The notes beneath the pieces were generated by a model, which ran no database searches, was not told the DNA's origin, and saw only the letters and a list, made by a program, of their open reading frames with translations. Of a DNA stretch of 64,000 bases, positions 1 to 9,796 are shown piece by piece. The DNA is from an uncultured Alphaproteobacteria bacterium. GTDB lineage: Bacteria; Pseudomonadota; Alphaproteobacteria; HIMB59; GCA-002718135. A program made the translations under genes and the position numbers. The stretch spans positions 7,153-71,152 of the forward strand of contig CACMRK010000003.1 of the NCBI GenBank assembly GCA_902616075.1, written 5' to 3'. The first letter of the stretch is position 1, and each line of letters begins with the position of its first letter.

Positions 1-281
1 GGTCTCCGGTAATGCCAAAATTAAATTTTGAAAGCACAAAAGAATCAGAGAGTGTTTCTACAGAGCCTTCTGTTTTCCAACCGGTGGTTAAAAATTTATT
101 CAATGCAGCGCCAAAGAGGGGTTGTGAATGGCCTGAAGGTCATCCTGATGAAGCTGACTTTCGTTTTTGTGGTAAAGATAGATTTGAAGATAAGCCTTAT
201 TGTTTAGATCATTGTGCTATTGCATATGTCGTTCCTGAAAAAGAAGAAAACGAAAAAACAGTATTAAATAATACAATTTAA
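1..281 (+). CDS. gcrA: GcrA-family cell-cycle transcriptional regulator, C-terminal part (5' end outside window)
   Basis: The reading frame is open from base 3. The signature RGCEWPEGHP..FRFCG..PYCLDHCAIAY matches the conserved GcrA C-terminal domain of alphaproteobacteria. Confidence 0.75.
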   Translation, partial: SPVMPKLNFESTKESESVSTEPSVFQPVVKNLFNAAPKRGCEWPEGHPDEADFRFCGKDRFEDKPYCLDHCAIAYVVPEKEENEKTVLNNTI

Positions 282-330
282 TAATAATAAAAATTCTAGA
301 AATAAAAATTCTTCCTGTTATCTATTAAAT

Positions 331-1584
331 ATGAAAAATGAGAGAGTTAATTCTGTATTTACTCCTATTCTGATTGGTGGAAGCTTAATTCTTCTAATAA
401 GTTTTGCAATCCGTTCAACATTTGGCTTATTTCAAATTCCTATTGCTTCAGATTTTTTATGGAACCGATCGGAGTTCTCTCTTGCCATTGCTATTCAAAA
501 TTTAGCTTGGGGTATAGGCACTCCTTTATTTAGTGCTTTTGCTGAAAAGTATGGTGATAGAAAAGCAATTGCTCTAGGCTTAATTCTTTATGCAATTGGA
601 ATTTTTATAAGTAGTACTGCTACAACTCCTGAGGCACATCAAACTTTAAACCTATTAATTGGTTTTGGAATAGCAGGTAGTGGTTTTGGTCCAATTTTGG
701 CAGTAGTTGGAAGAGCTACATCTCCAGAAAAAAGATCTTTGGCACTAGGTATTACAACTGCTGCAGGTTCAGCTGGACAAGTAGTTGGGCCACCACTTGC
801 TTCTATTTTATTATCTTTTTTACCTTGGTCATCAGTATTTGAAATCTTTTCAATTATATTATTAATAACACTGATTCTTGTTCCAATTTTAAAAACTGAA
901 TTATCAAATACAAATATTAATAATGAAAATGAAAAAATTACTGATGCTGTATTTGTTGCATTAAAAGATCCAACATATTCAATGTTGTTCTTTGGTTTTT
1001 TTTCTTGCGGATTTCAGTTAGCATTTATTACTGCACATTTTCCAGCATTTATTTTTGAATCAAGTAGTCCAATTATAGAAGGAAGCTTGATAAGTTTAAT
1101 CTGTAGTTCTATAGAAGGTTTAGGAGCATTATCTATGGCTCTTATAGGATTATTTAATATAATTGGTTGTTTGATTGCTGGGGCCTTAGGGAAAGGACAC
1201 TACAAGAAATATCTTTTATCTTTAATTTATACTGGAAGAACTGTTGCAGCAATTTTATTTATCTTACTTCCTATTACACCAACGTCTATTGCTATATTTT
1301 CAATAGTTATGGGTGCTTTATGGTTGGCAACAGTTCCTTTAACATCAGGAATAATAGGACATATTTATGGATTAAAATTTATGGGTACCTTATATGGCAT
1401 TGTGTTTTTTTCTCATCAGCTAGGATCTTTTGTAGGTGTTTGGTTAGGTGGTCTGTTTTATGATATATATGGAAGTTATGATATTGTATGGTGGGTTGGT
1501 ATAGGAGTCGGTGCATTTTCTGCAATAATCCATTTACCAATTAGAGAAAAACCATTAACTAATAGAAATATACAAACAGCGTAA
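331..1584 (+). CDS. MFS-type transporter, substrate unknown
   Basis: 417 aa with about 12 hydrophobic helices split 6+6 by a hydrophilic loop (TELSNTNINNENEK). This is the general major-facilitator architecture. Confidence 0.75.
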   Translation: MKNERVNSVFTPILIGGSLILLISFAIRSTFGLFQIPIASDFLWNRSEFSLAIAIQNLAWGIGTPLFSAFAEKYGDRKAIALGLILYAIGIFISSTATTPEAHQTLNLLIGFGIAGSGFGPILAVVGRATSPEKRSLALGITTAAGSAGQVVGPPLASILLSFLPWSSVFEIFSIILLITLILVPILKTELSNTNINNENEKITDAVFVALKDPTYSMLFFGFFSCGFQLAFITAHFPAFIFESSSPIIEGSLISLICSSIEGLGALSMALIGLFNIIGCLIAGALGKGHYKKYLLSLIYTGRTVAAILFILLPITPTSIAIFSIVMGALWLATVPLTSGIIGHIYGLKFMGTLYGIVFFSHQLGSFVGVWLGGLFYDIYGSYDIVWWVGIGVGAFSAIIHLPIREKPLTNRNIQTA

Positions 1585-1588
1585 TTTT

Positions 1589-1711
1589 ATGGATGAAAAA
1601 AAAATTATACGAAACTTAATTATAGTAATTTTTTTCTTAGCTATTATTTACTCACTAGCAAGAGTTGGTGTAGGTTTAGATCTTAGTTTTGGACCTTATA
1701 TAAAAAAATAG
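1589..1711 (+). CDS. candidate 40-aa single-pass membrane peptide (below ORF-track cutoff)
   Basis: Hand-read from ATG 1589 to TAG 1709-1711: MDEKKIIRNLIIVIFFLAIIYSLARVGVGLDLSFGPYIKK. It has a charged N-terminus and a hydrophobic core. It starts 4 nt after the MFS stop and fills an otherwise empty gap. Confidence 0.3.
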   Translation: MDEKKIIRNLIIVIFFLAIIYSLARVGVGLDLSFGPYIKK

Positions 1712-1716
1712 TTGAA

Positions 1717-2955
1717 TTAATTACACCATTCTCCTTGCTTAAATATTGGCGTTGTCACACCATCCTTGTCAACTCCATCGACGTCAATTTTACCTGAGCC
1801 AATCATCCAATCGATATGAATCATACTTGAATTACCACCCCTTTGAGTGATCTCATCTTTTGATAAGTCTTTTTTGGATTTGAAACATTTTGAGTAACAC
1901 TGTCCTAGAGCTATATGAGAAGCAGCATTTTCATCAAATAGAGTGTTATAAAAAGTTATTCCTAATTGCGATATGGGTGAACTATTAGGAACTAAGGCTA
2001 CTTCACCAAGTCTTCTTGAGCCCTCATCTGAATCTAGAACTTTTAATAAAACATCTTGTCCTTTAGAAGATTTTGCATCAACAATTTTACCTTCTTCAAA
2101 ACGAACGTTAATATCTTCTATTAGTGTTCCTTGGTAAGATAGAGGTTTGGTTGAGCAGACCTCACCATTTACGCGATTAGCATGAGGAGTTGTGAATACT
2201 TCTTCAGATGGAATATTTGGATTACATACAATACCATTCTGTGCTTTTGACGCGCCTCCCATCCACTCATGGTCGTCAGCAAGACCTACAGTTAAAGATG
2301 TTCCAGGACCAGTGTATTTTAAAGAATGAAAATTTTTAGCATTTAACCAATCTGTTTTATCTCTTAAATTTTTATTGTGTTGATCCCATTCAGCTACAGG
2401 ATCATCACTACTAACTCTTGATGCATGAAATATTGCATCTCCTAATTTTTTAATTGCTTCATTATCATCAAGTTCTGGGAAGACTCTTTTTGCCCATGCT
2501 TTTCCTGGCCACGAAATAATATTCCAGTTAATTTTAAATTCAGTAATTCTTTCTCTGGCAGGTTTATATGCAACAGCATTAGCTTTATTTGCACGCGAAA
2601 CTTTATCAGGATCAATTTCAGATAATAGCATGGGATCATCACCAGCAATAGCCATTCTAGCTGTATTGTTATCAAAAGCTTCACCCATTCCATTATAAAG
2701 CCAATTTGCTGCAATATTGAAAGATTCATCATTTCCATACTTGAATCTAGACAATATAATATCAGAATCATTAAAAAGTGGAGTTACAAGTCCAGCCCCT
2801 TCTTTATAAGCATATTCAACTATTTTTCTAACCAGAGGTAGGGACTCTAACGGAGCAGTTATTAAAAGGTTTTGACCTTTTTGAAGTGCAACACCTCTTT
2901 TAATAGATAGATGTGCAAGTTTATCAATTTTTTTTGTATCTACATCATAAAACAT
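1717..2955 (-). CDS. aminopeptidase, peptidase family M29 (AmpS/PepS-like)
   Basis: 412 aa. Blocks FTTPH, LGEVALVP, FDENAASHIALG and MIHIDWMIG are typical of M29 thermophilic-metalloprotease-type aminopeptidases. Confidence 0.8.
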   Translation of the reverse strand: MFYDVDTKKIDKLAHLSIKRGVALQKGQNLLITAPLESLPLVRKIVEYAYKEGAGLVTPLFNDSDIILSRFKYGNDESFNIAANWLYNGMGEAFDNNTARMAIAGDDPMLLSEIDPDKVSRANKANAVAYKPARERITEFKINWNIISWPGKAWAKRVFPELDDNEAIKKLGDAIFHASRVSSDDPVAEWDQHNKNLRDKTDWLNAKNFHSLKYTGPGTSLTVGLADDHEWMGGASKAQNGIVCNPNIPSEEVFTTPHANRVNGEVCSTKPLSYQGTLIEDINVRFEEGKIVDAKSSKGQDVLLKVLDSDEGSRRLGEVALVPNSSPISQLGITFYNTLFDENAASHIALGQCYSKCFKSKKDLSKDEITQRGGNSSMIHIDWMIGSGKIDVDGVDKDGVTTPIFKQGEWCN

Positions 2956-3138
2956 TAATGTTATAATTAGTTTTTATATTCTAAAAAGTCTAGAGGTTTT
3001 AACTTTAAAATTTATCTTTAATAATTTTATTATAAAGAACTTATACATTTCAAATTCTTTAATAAAATCTTTCCACAAACTCTTGTTTTTTTCCAGATAT
3101 AAAAATATCAAATCTAGGCAAAAATAGTAAACTAAATT

Positions 3139-5055
3139 ATGGATTATGAGCTTTTAGATAAAATTAATTTTCCATCTGACTTAAGAGAATTTAAAAAGAA
3201 AGATCTAAAACAAATCTCAGAAGAATTAAGAGCTAAAACAATTGAGACTGTTTCAAAAACTGGTGGTCATCTAGGTGCTGGATTAGGTGTTGTTGAATTA
3301 ACTGTAGCAATCCACTATGTCTTTAACACTCCACATGATAAATTAATCTGGGATGTGGGACATCAAGCTTATCCTCATAAAATTATTACAGGAAGAAAAA
3401 AAAATATAGATACACTTAGAAAGAAAGATGGTGTTTATGGTTTTGTAAGAAGGTCAGAAAGTGAATATGATCCCTTTGGTACAGCCCATAGTTCTACAGC
3501 AGTATCAGCAGGGTTAGGAATTAAGGCTGCAAAAGATATAAATAAAGACAATTCAAAAGTTATATGTGTTGTGGGAGATGGTGCCTTAAGTGCAGGTTTA
3601 GCGTATGAAGGATTAAACAACGCAGGTGCACAAAAAAAAGGTTTAATTGTTATTTTAAATGATAACAAAATGTCAATAGACAAACCCGTTGGTGCTATGA
3701 GTACATATCTAACCAGATTGCTTTCATCTAAATCTTACTCAAGCTTAAGAAATATTATTAAAAAAATTTCTAAAACATTTCCATCAAATCTTTCAAAGAC
3801 TCTTTACAGAACAGAAGAATATTCTAAGGGGCTTATCTCTGGAGGCACTTTATTTGAGGAATTGGGTTTTTATTATCTTGGCCCAATAGATGGTCACAAT
3901 ATAAACGATATGGTGTCAGTTCTAGAAAACATTAGAGATAATAAATTTGATAAACCAGTTTTTCTTCATTGTGTAACTAAAAAAGGTAAAGGATATAGTC
4001 CTGCAGAAAAGTCAGAGGATAAATTTCATGGTGTAGAAAAATTTGATATTAATACAGGTAACTCAGTTAAAAAAACAAATTTAAAATCATACTCAAATGT
4101 TTTTGGAGAAAAACTAACAAAACTTGCTGAAAATGACGAAAAAATCGTGGCAATAACAGCTGCTATGATGTCTGGAACAGGGTTAAAATTATTCCAACAA
4201 AATTTTGAAAAAAGATTTTTTGATGTTGGTATTGCTGAACAACATGCTGTTACAATGGCAGCTGGATTGGCTACTGAGGGTTTCAAGCCATTTGTTGCAA
4301 TTTATTCAACATTTTTACAAAGAGCTTACGATCAAATAGTGCATGATGTAGCTATTCAAAAATTACCTGTTAGATTTGCAATTGATAGAGCAGGGTTAGT
4401 AGGATCAGATGGTCCCACTCATGCTGGTTCATTTGATATTACTTATTTAGCCACATTACCAAATTTTGTAGTTATGGCGCCTAGCAACCAAAAAGAGCTA
4501 TCTAATATGATAGAGTTATCTTGCGAGATTAATGACACACCATCTGCTTTTAGATTTCCAAGAGGAACAGGATCAGATGAGCTATTCAATAATCAGCCTA
4601 CAGATATCAGCATAGGTAAGGGATATATTCTAATTGAAGGTAATGATGTTGCAATCTTAAATTTAGGAACAAGACTTGAAAAATGTATTGAGGCTAGTAA
4701 GTTTCTTAATCAAAATAATATTTATCCTACTATTGCAGATGCAAGATTTGCTAAACCATTAGACACAAAATTAATAGATGACTTATTAAATAACCATAAG
4801 TATATTTTAACTATAGAAGAAGGTTCAATAGGTGGATTTTCATCTCATGTTTTACATTATGTCCATAATATAAGATCAAAAAAAGATAACGTTGTGATAA
4901 AAAATTTAATTTTTCCAGATCGTTTTGTTGAACATATGACACCGGATGAACAATATCAAGATATTAAAATGGATACTGAATCAATAATCAGAGAAATTAA
5001 TAATTTCTATGAAAATAAAATTGTTGATATTAAGAATTTTAAATCAAAAGTTTAA
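3139..5055 (+). CDS. dxs: 1-deoxy-D-xylulose-5-phosphate synthase
   Basis: 638 aa. The N-terminus LLDKINFPSDLR, GGHLGAGLGVVELTVA, the thiamine-diphosphate motif GDGALSAG..NDN and IAEQHAVT are all Dxs hallmarks. Confidence 0.95.
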   Translation: MDYELLDKINFPSDLREFKKKDLKQISEELRAKTIETVSKTGGHLGAGLGVVELTVAIHYVFNTPHDKLIWDVGHQAYPHKIITGRKKNIDTLRKKDGVYGFVRRSESEYDPFGTAHSSTAVSAGLGIKAAKDINKDNSKVICVVGDGALSAGLAYEGLNNAGAQKKGLIVILNDNKMSIDKPVGAMSTYLTRLLSSKSYSSLRNIIKKISKTFPSNLSKTLYRTEEYSKGLISGGTLFEELGFYYLGPIDGHNINDMVSVLENIRDNKFDKPVFLHCVTKKGKGYSPAEKSEDKFHGVEKFDINTGNSVKKTNLKSYSNVFGEKLTKLAENDEKIVAITAAMMSGTGLKLFQQNFEKRFFDVGIAEQHAVTMAAGLATEGFKPFVAIYSTFLQRAYDQIVHDVAIQKLPVRFAIDRAGLVGSDGPTHAGSFDITYLATLPNFVVMAPSNQKELSNMIELSCEINDTPSAFRFPRGTGSDELFNNQPTDISIGKGYILIEGNDVAILNLGTRLEKCIEASKFLNQNNIYPTIADARFAKPLDTKLIDDLLNNHKYILTIEEGSIGGFSSHVLHYVHNIRSKKDNVVIKNLIFPDRFVEHMTPDEQYQDIKMDTESIIREINNFYENKIVDIKNFKSKV

Positions 5056-5085
5056 TTCTTAATAAAAATTTAATTGAAATTAAAA

Positions 5086-5871
5086 ATGAAGAAAATTAAA
5101 ATTTTACACAAAAGTTTTTCTAAACCTATAAGCTGTTTGACTGCATACTCTCCATCAATTGCAAGTATTTTAGATGGAAAAATTGATTTAATACTGGTTG
5201 GAGACTCTATTGGCTCAACACTCTATGGGATGAATAATACTCAAGGAGTTACTATGGATATGATGAAAAATCATGGGGAAGCTATAAATAAAGCAATTAA
5301 GAAAAGTTTAAAAGTATTAGATATGCCTTATAAAACATACGATAATAAAATTGATGCATATAAAAATGCTAAAGTACTTTTAAACCACTGTAGGCCTGAT
5401 TTATTAAAAATAGAAATTAGTGAAAAAAAATTAGTTGTTTTAAAACACTTAGTAGATAAAAAAGTAAATGTTATTTCTCATATAGGGGTAACGCCACAAA
5501 GTTACAAAGATTTTAATAAAATTAAAGTTTTAGGAAAAACTAACAAAGAAAAACAAAATTTATTAATGTTAGCGAAAGAATCTGAAACACTTGGAGCTAA
5601 AGCAGTATTGTTAGAATGTGTTACAACCGATACGGCTAAGCTAATTACGGAAAATATTTCGATACCTACAATAGGTATAGGTGCTTCAAAATATTGTGAT
5701 GGTCAAGTTTTAGTATTTGATGATTTAATAAATTTAACTACAAATGATAAAAAACCAAAATTTGTAAAAAATTATTTTAATTTTAATAAAGTTGCTAGCA
5801 ATGTAGTTAAGAAATATAATCGTGAAGTTAAGCTTAAAAAATTTCCTAGTACTAAATTTAGTTACAATTAA
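5086..5871 (+). CDS. panB: 3-methyl-2-oxobutanoate hydroxymethyltransferase
   Basis: CLTAYS...LILVGDSIGSTLYG and HIGVTPQS resemble PanB. The ORF track starts at TTG 5074, but the in-frame ATG at 5086 is the more likely start. Confidence 0.8.
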   Translation: MKKIKILHKSFSKPISCLTAYSPSIASILDGKIDLILVGDSIGSTLYGMNNTQGVTMDMMKNHGEAINKAIKKSLKVLDMPYKTYDNKIDAYKNAKVLLNHCRPDLLKIEISEKKLVVLKHLVDKKVNVISHIGVTPQSYKDFNKIKVLGKTNKEKQNLLMLAKESETLGAKAVLLECVTTDTAKLITENISIPTIGIGASKYCDGQVLVFDDLINLTTNDKKPKFVKNYFNFNKVASNVVKKYNREVKLKKFPSTKFSYN

Positions 5872-6500
5872 TCTAAGTCTATAAAGCTATTATTGTTATC
5901 TAAAAATTTGATTAAACCAGAATTAATTTGATACCACAAACCAATAACATTTAGTTTATTTTCATTTATTAATTTATTTATAAATTCATATTCATATAGA
6001 TTTCTAATTGATTGTTTTATATTTTCCTGCTCAAAAAAAGTTATTTTTTCAGTTTCTGAAAAATCATTAGGGATGTTGTTATAAGAATTTTGTAAACAAC
6101 TTACCCATTGATTTATATATTCAAAATCATTTATATTTTTTGAATCTAATAATGTTTTGTAAGAATATTCAACACCGCCACAATTTGAATGGCCTAAAAT
6201 AATTAAATTTTGAATTTTTAGAACTTTTAATCCGTATTCTATAGCAGATAATGTTTGTATATTTTGATCCTTATCATTTTTGGATGGTACTATATTAGCG
6301 ATATTTCTATGTATAAAATAATCTCCTACACTTCCACCAAATATTGTATTTTCAAGAATTCTAGAATCACAACAGGTGATAATCATAGCAATTGGTTTTT
6401 GTGGAGTTTTAGAGGCCTGCTGGTATAAATCTTTATAATTTTCAAAAGTATTCTTTTTCCAGAATTGATATCTTTCAATTAAAAATTTTGGTATTTTCAT
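5868..6500 (-). CDS. beta-class carbonic anhydrase
   Basis: Zinc-ligand motifs CCDSRI and GHSNCGG are present in a 210-aa protein. The 3' end overlaps the panB stop in a shared TTAA. Confidence 0.85.
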   Translation of the reverse strand: MKIPKFLIERYQFWKKNTFENYKDLYQQASKTPQKPIAMIITCCDSRILENTIFGGSVGDYFIHRNIANIVPSKNDKDQNIQTLSAIEYGLKVLKIQNLIILGHSNCGGVEYSYKTLLDSKNINDFEYINQWVSCLQNSYNNIPNDFSETEKITFFEQENIKQSIRNLYEYEFINKLINENKLNVIGLWYQINSGLIKFLDNNNSFIDLD

Positions 6501-6539
6501 ATTATTTTTTATTAAAAATTATTTATATAGCAAAATTAA

Positions 6540-7514
6540 ATGAAAAAGGAAATTAGTAGAAAATTCTGTGTAGCTCCAATGATGGGGTATACAACACCTT
6601 ATGCAAGGAAACTTTATAGAATATTGTCAAACAATAGTTTTCTATTTAGTGAAATGATAGCAACAAAATCACTAATTTATTCAAAGAGTAAGGGTAACAT
6701 AATTGATAACGATTATAATAATCCTGTTGCTCTCCAAGTTGGTGGTTCAGAAATTGAGGACTTATCAAAAGCATCTCAAATTGCAATCGATTACAATTAT
6801 GATGAGATTAATTTAAATGTTGGCTGTCCAAGTAAGGCAGTCCAAAAGGGTAGTTTTGGTGCTTGTCTTATGAAAAATAAAGTTCACGTTAGAAATTGTA
6901 TAGAAGCTTTACAAAATGATAAGATTGAAGCGACATTAAAATGTAGATTGGGATTGGGAAGTGAATTAAATTATGAGTTTTTCGAAGAGTTTATAGATGA
7001 AATATCAAAAAGTGGAATTAAAATTATTTATGTACATGCAAGAAATGCAATACTGAATGGTATTAGCCCTCAAGGTAATAGAACGATACCCCCTCTTAAT
7101 TATAATTTTGTAAAGAAAATTAAATATAAATTCCCTGATATAACATTCATTCTTAATGGAGGTATAGATAATCTTGCTAAAGCACAGAATTTACTAGAAG
7201 AATTTGACGGTGTAATGATTGGAAGATTGATAAAAAATAATCCATTCATTTTGAAAGAAGTTGATAAAAAAATTTTTAAAGAAAAAAATAAGACAATTGA
7301 TGAGTTAGTAATTAATAATTATTTTGAGTATATAAAACCTAAGCTAGGTTTTGAATCAATATTTAGATTATTGAGTCCTTTACTAAATATATTTTTTTCA
7401 GTTCCTCATAGCAAAGTGTATAAATCCAAAATAAATGATTATATGAAGGATCAAAAAATTAATTTAATTGAGGATCTATTATTAAAATTTGTTAGTGAAA
7501 GAAATCTGAGTTAA
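6540..7514 (+). CDS. dusA: tRNA-dihydrouridine synthase A
   Basis: The N-terminus FCVAPMMGYTTPYARKLYR, NLNVGCPS and VHARNA resemble DusA-type FMN TIM-barrel proteins. Confidence 0.85.
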   Translation: MKKEISRKFCVAPMMGYTTPYARKLYRILSNNSFLFSEMIATKSLIYSKSKGNIIDNDYNNPVALQVGGSEIEDLSKASQIAIDYNYDEINLNVGCPSKAVQKGSFGACLMKNKVHVRNCIEALQNDKIEATLKCRLGLGSELNYEFFEEFIDEISKSGIKIIYVHARNAILNGISPQGNRTIPPLNYNFVKKIKYKFPDITFILNGGIDNLAKAQNLLEEFDGVMIGRLIKNNPFILKEVDKKIFKEKNKTIDELVINNYFEYIKPKLGFESIFRLLSPLLNIFFSVPHSKVYKSKINDYMKDQKINLIEDLLLKFVSERNLS

Positions 7515-7519
7515 TTGTT

Positions 7520-8050
7520 TTAATAAGGTACATGATAGGAAAAACTCAAGATTTCGACACCTGGATTTTTGTCTGCTAAATTAGCATTTGAAATATGGCT
7601 GAATGAAATTCCTATTCTATTTTTATTTTTTAATTCATAGCTTAATTCTAAAGATGTTCTAAATTGAATATCGTTTCCTAAGTTCTTTCCTGAGCCATTA
7701 TCATAAAAACCTGCGCCAAAACTAGGGGTAAAATAATATTTACTTTTATCACCTTCAAACAATTCTCCAAGATTATCTTCAAAATATATACCTGCTAAAA
7801 AATAGGAGGCTGAATCACTTGTATACTCAAAACCATAAAAAGGTTTTAAGAAGAAAAAGTTATCTTCCTTTGGACCAATATCAAGCAATGATTTATTACT
7901 TCTGAATTCATATCTAAAATCTGTAGCTTGATCTTTTTCAGATCCATCAAATTTAATATCATAAATACCTAGTCCAAATACATTGGTCCCGTTACTAAGA
8001 GCGATTTTTGAGAGCAATATTATCAAAGTAAAAAATAATATTCTAATCAT
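7520..8050 (-). CDS. outer-membrane acyloxyacyl hydrolase / lipid A 3-O-deacylase (PagL)-like protein
   Basis: The N-terminus looks like a signal peptide and the protein shows a beta-strand alternation pattern. The C-terminal FSHISNA...GVEILSFSYHVPY resembles PagL-family barrels. Confidence 0.55.
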   Translation of the reverse strand: MIRILFFTLIILLSKIALSNGTNVFGLGIYDIKFDGSEKDQATDFRYEFRSNKSLLDIGPKEDNFFFLKPFYGFEYTSDSASYFLAGIYFEDNLGELFEGDKSKYYFTPSFGAGFYDNGSGKNLGNDIQFRTSLELSYELKNKNRIGISFSHISNANLADKNPGVEILSFSYHVPY

Positions 8051-8081
8051 AAAAATATTTTATAATTAATTAATACGGCTA

Positions 8082-8948
8082 TCAAACAAAAAATTCTTTA
8101 TTTTCCTGTGATATATCTAGAAGAGTTTTTCTAAGTTTTTCTAAGGCTTTAGTTTCTATTTGTCTTACTCTTTCCTTGCTTATCTTTAATCTTTGACCTA
8201 ATTCATCTAAGGTAATACTCTTTTCTCTAAATTTTCTAAGACGAATGATAGTTTTTTCTCTATCACTTAATGTATTTATGGCTTCATTTATAAAATCTTT
8301 TTTTATTTTTTTATCATTGAGGTCCTCATATGATTCTTCAGGATTTTGACGATCATCAGCTAAAAGACTCATGAGATCATTTTCAGTTTCATTATCAACT
8401 TTTTGGTTAAGATGTAAATCTCCACCCGTAAGTCTTGACTCCATGTTTTGGACTTCTATAGATTTTACATTAAGTAAATTGGAAACTTTATTAATTTCTT
8501 CTTGACCCATAAATTCTCTTGAAACATCATTGATTTGTTGTTTAATTTTTTTAAGATTAAAAAATAGAGCCTTTTGAGATGCTGTTGAGCCAGTTCTAAC
8601 AACAGACCAATTTTTTAAGATATAATCCTGAATTGATGCTCTTATCCACCAGGAAGCATAAGTTGATAGTCTGAAATCTTTAGATGTATCAAATTTTTCA
8701 AGAGCATGCATAATTCCAAGAACTCCCTCGTGAATTAAATCATCCAAAGGAAGTCCATAACTTGAATATTTCCTTGCAAAAGAGACAGCTAAGCGGAGAT
8801 AAGAGTTTAGAATTTTTTTGAGTGAATTAGGTGTTTTATTATCTCTCCAGTCGTTAATTAGCCTAAATTCCTCGTCTTTTTCAAGAATCGCTGCTTTTTT
8901 TGAAAGCTCAACGAGATTATTTGAAAAAATATAATTTTTAAACGACAT
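8082..8948 (-). CDS. rpoH: RNA polymerase sigma-32 (heat-shock) factor
   Basis: 288 aa. Region 2 DLIHEGVLGIMHALEKFD, an RpoH-box-like QKALFFNLKK and region 4 ISKERVRQIETKALEKLR are all present. Confidence 0.9.
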   Translation of the reverse strand: MSFKNYIFSNNLVELSKKAAILEKDEEFRLINDWRDNKTPNSLKKILNSYLRLAVSFARKYSSYGLPLDDLIHEGVLGIMHALEKFDTSKDFRLSTYASWWIRASIQDYILKNWSVVRTGSTASQKALFFNLKKIKQQINDVSREFMGQEEINKVSNLLNVKSIEVQNMESRLTGGDLHLNQKVDNETENDLMSLLADDRQNPEESYEDLNDKKIKKDFINEAINTLSDREKTIIRLRKFREKSITLDELGQRLKISKERVRQIETKALEKLRKTLLDISQENKEFFV

Positions 8949-8979
8949 ATATTATTATACGTAGTTTTTTGTTATTGGA

Positions 8980-9792
8980 TCAATTATTTTCAAATAAATC
9001 TAATATTTCACCGTTTTCTCCAAAAATTCCGCACACTACAATTTTATTAGATAAAGGTTGTTTAAATAAAGTGCAGACTACATTTTTGTTAATAATTTTA
9101 GACTGATTTAAGTGCTCAGATTCATAACCTCTTACAATTCGTACAAACGTGTTGTAGGGCTTCTCTATCTTTGAAAAGTTTTGAAAACCCCACCAAAAAC
9201 AATCATTTTGTGCAGATAAAGGTCTTGTTATGTCTACTCCTCTGTTTACAAACAAAATTTTTTTTGTTTTAGAATATGCAGCGTGTTTTAAATTTAAGAA
9301 ATATTCTATGTGTCCTGGATTTTTCTGTAAAACTCTATTTAAGCTTGATGTCCATTTGGAAATATTTATGGTACCAGAAGAGGCAATATTTTTAATTTCA
9401 TCCTCAGAAAATCCATAAGAGTTTATTGTCTTATTAACACCATGATCAAACATCCATTCAACTATTTCAGTGGGATTAGGAGCAAGTTGAAGTTGTAGCA
9501 ATTTACTGAACATCTCTTCTTGTGCACCTCTTAAAAAAACAATTGAATCAGGCTTAAGTTGATATTTAGACATTAAGTTGAATCTTAATTCTATAATACT
9601 ATTAAGTGTTTCTTTTGAATGCTCTCCCAATCCAATGGTATTACCCAGAAATATTAATTTATCTCTTTTATCAAAATTTTTTAAAATAAATCTTTTAATT
9701 GAGTTAAACGAGTCTAGGTTAGAGTGAATTGAACCAATTGCCCAAATTTTGTTTGTTTGATTTAACTCTACAAAATTACTAACTTTTTCCAA
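8980..9792 (-). CDS. calcineurin-like phosphoesterase fold protein with degenerate catalytic motifs
   Basis: The motif order and spacing match PPP/ApaH-like phosphatases, but the catalytic residues are replaced. GDxHG becomes GSIHS, GDxxDRG becomes GNTIGLG, and GNHE becomes GAQE. Confidence 0.5.
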   Translation of the reverse strand: MEKVSNFVELNQTNKIWAIGSIHSNLDSFNSIKRFILKNFDKRDKLIFLGNTIGLGEHSKETLNSIIELRFNLMSKYQLKPDSIVFLRGAQEEMFSKLLQLQLAPNPTEIVEWMFDHGVNKTINSYGFSEDEIKNIASSGTINISKWTSSLNRVLQKNPGHIEYFLNLKHAAYSKTKKILFVNRGVDITRPLSAQNDCFWWGFQNFSKIEKPYNTFVRIVRGYESEHLNQSKIINKNVVCTLFKQPLSNKIVVCGIFGENGEILDLFENN

Positions 9793-9796
9793 AATA

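Noticed and set aside
1167-1463. Nested or antisense ORFs from the track (also 2442-2771, 3435-3683, 4026-4286, 9230-9418, 10160-10556, 14906-16243, 17725-17919, 18392-18574, 19145-19384, 21396-21641, 24049-24372, 24538-25126, 25677-25946, 30559-30783, 31598-31879, 34306-34581, 36572-36847, 38043-38336, 39577-39777, 40380-40583, 42622-42864, 58458-58676, 58961-59170, 59842-60413, 61587-61772)
   Set aside because: Each lies wholly inside a longer ORF that has clear family motifs. None has independent support.
2956-3138. 183-nt spacer upstream of dxs as a regulatory RNA
   Set aside because: It has no stable secondary-structure elements or conserved-looking boxes. It is probably just the divergent promoter region for dxs and the aminopeptidase.
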